Source of the DNA: Wolbachia endosymbiont of Onchocerca ochengi | GTDB lineage: Bacteria > Pseudomonadota > Alphaproteobacteria > Rickettsiales > Anaplasmataceae | DNA length: 32,000 nucleotides | NCBI RefSeq assembly: GCF_000306885.1 | Contig: NC_018267.1 | Span: forward strand, 420,001-452,000 | Reading direction: 5' to 3' | Shown: positions 30,514-32,000 of the stretch, piece by piece | Numbering within the stretch: the stretch's first letter is position 1 | Layout: every line of letters starts with the position of its first letter | Notes under the pieces: generated by a model | Seen by the model: the letters and a program-made list of their open reading frames with translations, nothing else | Database searches by the model: none | Told to the model about the DNA's origin: nothing | Translations under genes and position numbers: made by a program

Positions 30514-31845
30514 CTACTTATCCTTTACTTTTTTTAATCTTGCAACGATCCTTTTTCTACCAATAAAAACTAACAACTTAGCAAGTTCAGGACCTGTTTT
30601 TGTGCCTGTTAAAGCTAAACGAAGCTGCATAAATAAGTCTTTTGTTTTTGTATCCACTACCTTTCGAATAGCTTTAACCCATTCTGATAATGTGTTTTCA
30701 TTACAATCACCTTGCGGCAATACATTGAGCGCAATTTTTATAGTCTCCTTATCAAAAATCACAGGTTCTATATCGGATTTGCATATTTGCCACCACTTTG
30801 CTACCTCCGAAAACTTTTCTATATTGCTTCTTATAAAATACCAAAACTCCGAAGAGTTTACTCTGATTTGATTTAGACGCTCTTTCACCGCTTTAAATGG
30901 CATCTGCTGCAGAGCTTTACTATTTAGCTTATATACTTCACTCAGACTAAATCGGGTAGATGCTGAGCTAAATTTTTTAATGTCAAATGAGTCAATCAAA
31001 GATTGCATATCAACATGAGCCTTAATAGGATCTGATGTTCCAAGCTTTGCTAAATAGCTAACGAGCGTAATTGGTTCAATTTCATTTTTTTTGATAAGTC
31101 TGATGTCCAATCCACCTTTTCGCTTTGATATCTTGCTATCATTGAAATGTAGCAGAGAAAGGTGAGCAAACGTTGGAGCTTTTGTTTTTAATGCTAGTAT
31201 TATTTGTATTTGCGCTACAGTGTTAGGTATATGATCTTCCCCACGTATGATATGGGTTATATTAAAATCAATATCATCGATGACAGAGGGTAGCATATAT
31301 GTATAAATTCCGTCTTCTCTTCTTACTATAGGATCACTGATGTGACTAGTTGCAATATTTATTTTACCTTTAATTTCATCGTCCCATTTAACGATTTCAT
31401 TTCTATCCAACTTAAATCTAAAATATGGTTTTCGTCCTTCTTGCTCATAACTAGCTTTCTCCTGCTTAGTTAGAAATAGTGCACTTCTATCGTAAATGGG
31501 AGGAAGTCCACGTTTTAGTTGCAGTTTGCGTTTAATATCTAGCTCCTTTCTTGTTTCATAGCATGTATAAATATGCCCTTCTTTTACTAACTGCAAAAAC
31601 ACCTCGTTGTAGCGCTCAAAGCGCTCTGATTGCTTAAAATTTAAATCCCAATCTATATTAACCCATTGCAAGTCTTGTATGATGCTATTTATATACTTGA
31701 TATCTGAACGCTGGAAGTCAGTATCGTCAAAACGAAGCAGAAATTTTCCGTTTTGACTGCGTGTATACATCCAGCAGATAAGTGCGGTGCGAATATTCCC
31801 TACATGAAGATAGCCAGTTGGGCTTGGGGCGAATCTTGTTAGCAT
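30514..31845 (-). CDS. gltX: Glutamyl-tRNA synthetase (short form)
   Basis: 443 aa. The N-terminus [14 protein letters not shown] carries the HIGH motif, and SKISKRKG is the KMSKS-type motif. Confidence 0.95.
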   Translation of the reverse strand: MLTRFAPSPTGYLHVGNIRTALICWMYTRSQNGKFLLRFDDTDFQRSDIKYINSIIQDLQWVNIDWDLNFKQSERFERYNEVFLQLVKEGHIYTCYETRKELDIKRKLQLKRGLPPIYDRSALFLTKQEKASYEQEGRKPYFRFKLDRNEIVKWDDEIKGKINIATSHISDPIVRREDGIYTYMLPSVIDDIDFNITHIIRGEDHIPNTVAQIQIILALKTKAPTFAHLSLLHFNDSKISKRKGGLDIRLIKKNEIEPITLVSYLAKLGTSDPIKAHVDMQSLIDSFDIKKFSSASTRFSLSEVYKLNSKALQQMPFKAVKERLNQIRVNSSEFWYFIRSNIEKFSEVAKWWQICKSDIEPVIFDKETIKIALNVLPQGDCNENTLSEWVKAIRKVVDTKTKDLFMQLRLALTGTKTGPELAKLLVFIGRKRIVARLKKVKDK

Positions 31846-32000
31846 TTATGTCTCTAGCTTCTTTTAATTTTATATAAATATGCAACTAAAGCAAGAAAAG
31901 CAATTTAAGTTTGTGTAAATACTTTGTTTACTAAAAGAGTTTAAGTAGCTAATAGAGATACGAAGCAAAACTATTTAACAGACTTTGCCAGTCTTCTTAT

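Noticed and set aside
11546-31845. gatA, tRNA-Glu and gltX occurring in one window, considered as a possible linked indirect Gln-tRNA aminoacylation module.
   Set aside because: The three are separated by unrelated genes on different strands and are separate transcription units. The transamidation pathway is well known, so the co-occurrence is most simply coincidental.
1-32000. A scan for CRISPR arrays, intact IS transposases, prophage genes, integrases next to the tRNAs, toxin-antitoxin pairs and defence-system signatures.
   Set aside because: None was found. No direct-repeat arrays are present, no ORF has transposase, integrase or phage motifs, and both tRNAs are flanked by housekeeping genes or relic DNA.

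Overview
This is an AT-rich window from a reduced, obligately intracellular alphaproteobacterium. The gene set, the protein sequences and a large ankyrin-repeat protein look like Wolbachia or another Anaplasmataceae; that is my own recognition, since no search was possible. I can support 18 intact CDS: nuoE, tgt, an MrpD/NuoN-type subunit, acpP-fabF, an AEC permease, gatA, rnc, pyrD, class I fba, priA, sdhA, pyrC, gltX, an ispA-like gene overlapping a tandem FKBP-like gene, a heme-copper-oxidase-like membrane protein and an ankyrin protein. There are also two tRNAs, Glu-UUC and Cys-GCA. By the ORF coordinates, about 10 kb (about 31%) holds no intact gene. By frameshift-tolerant reading, three decayed genes can be read in that space: queA directly after tgt, and a clpS-clpA pair. 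I found no CRISPR array, no intact IS or prophage, and no recognisable defence or toxin-antitoxin module. I cannot honestly claim a new multi-gene system. The observations most worth a second look are: (1) an intact but atypical tgt next to a dead queA; (2) an in-frame insertion of about 80 aa with inverted-repeat ends in the PriA helicase core; (3) an ankyrin protein with a triplicated super-repeat and a transmembrane hairpin; (4) loss of clpS-clpA; (5) an orphan, divergent oxidase-like membrane protein; (6) an ispA homologue with eroded catalytic motifs.
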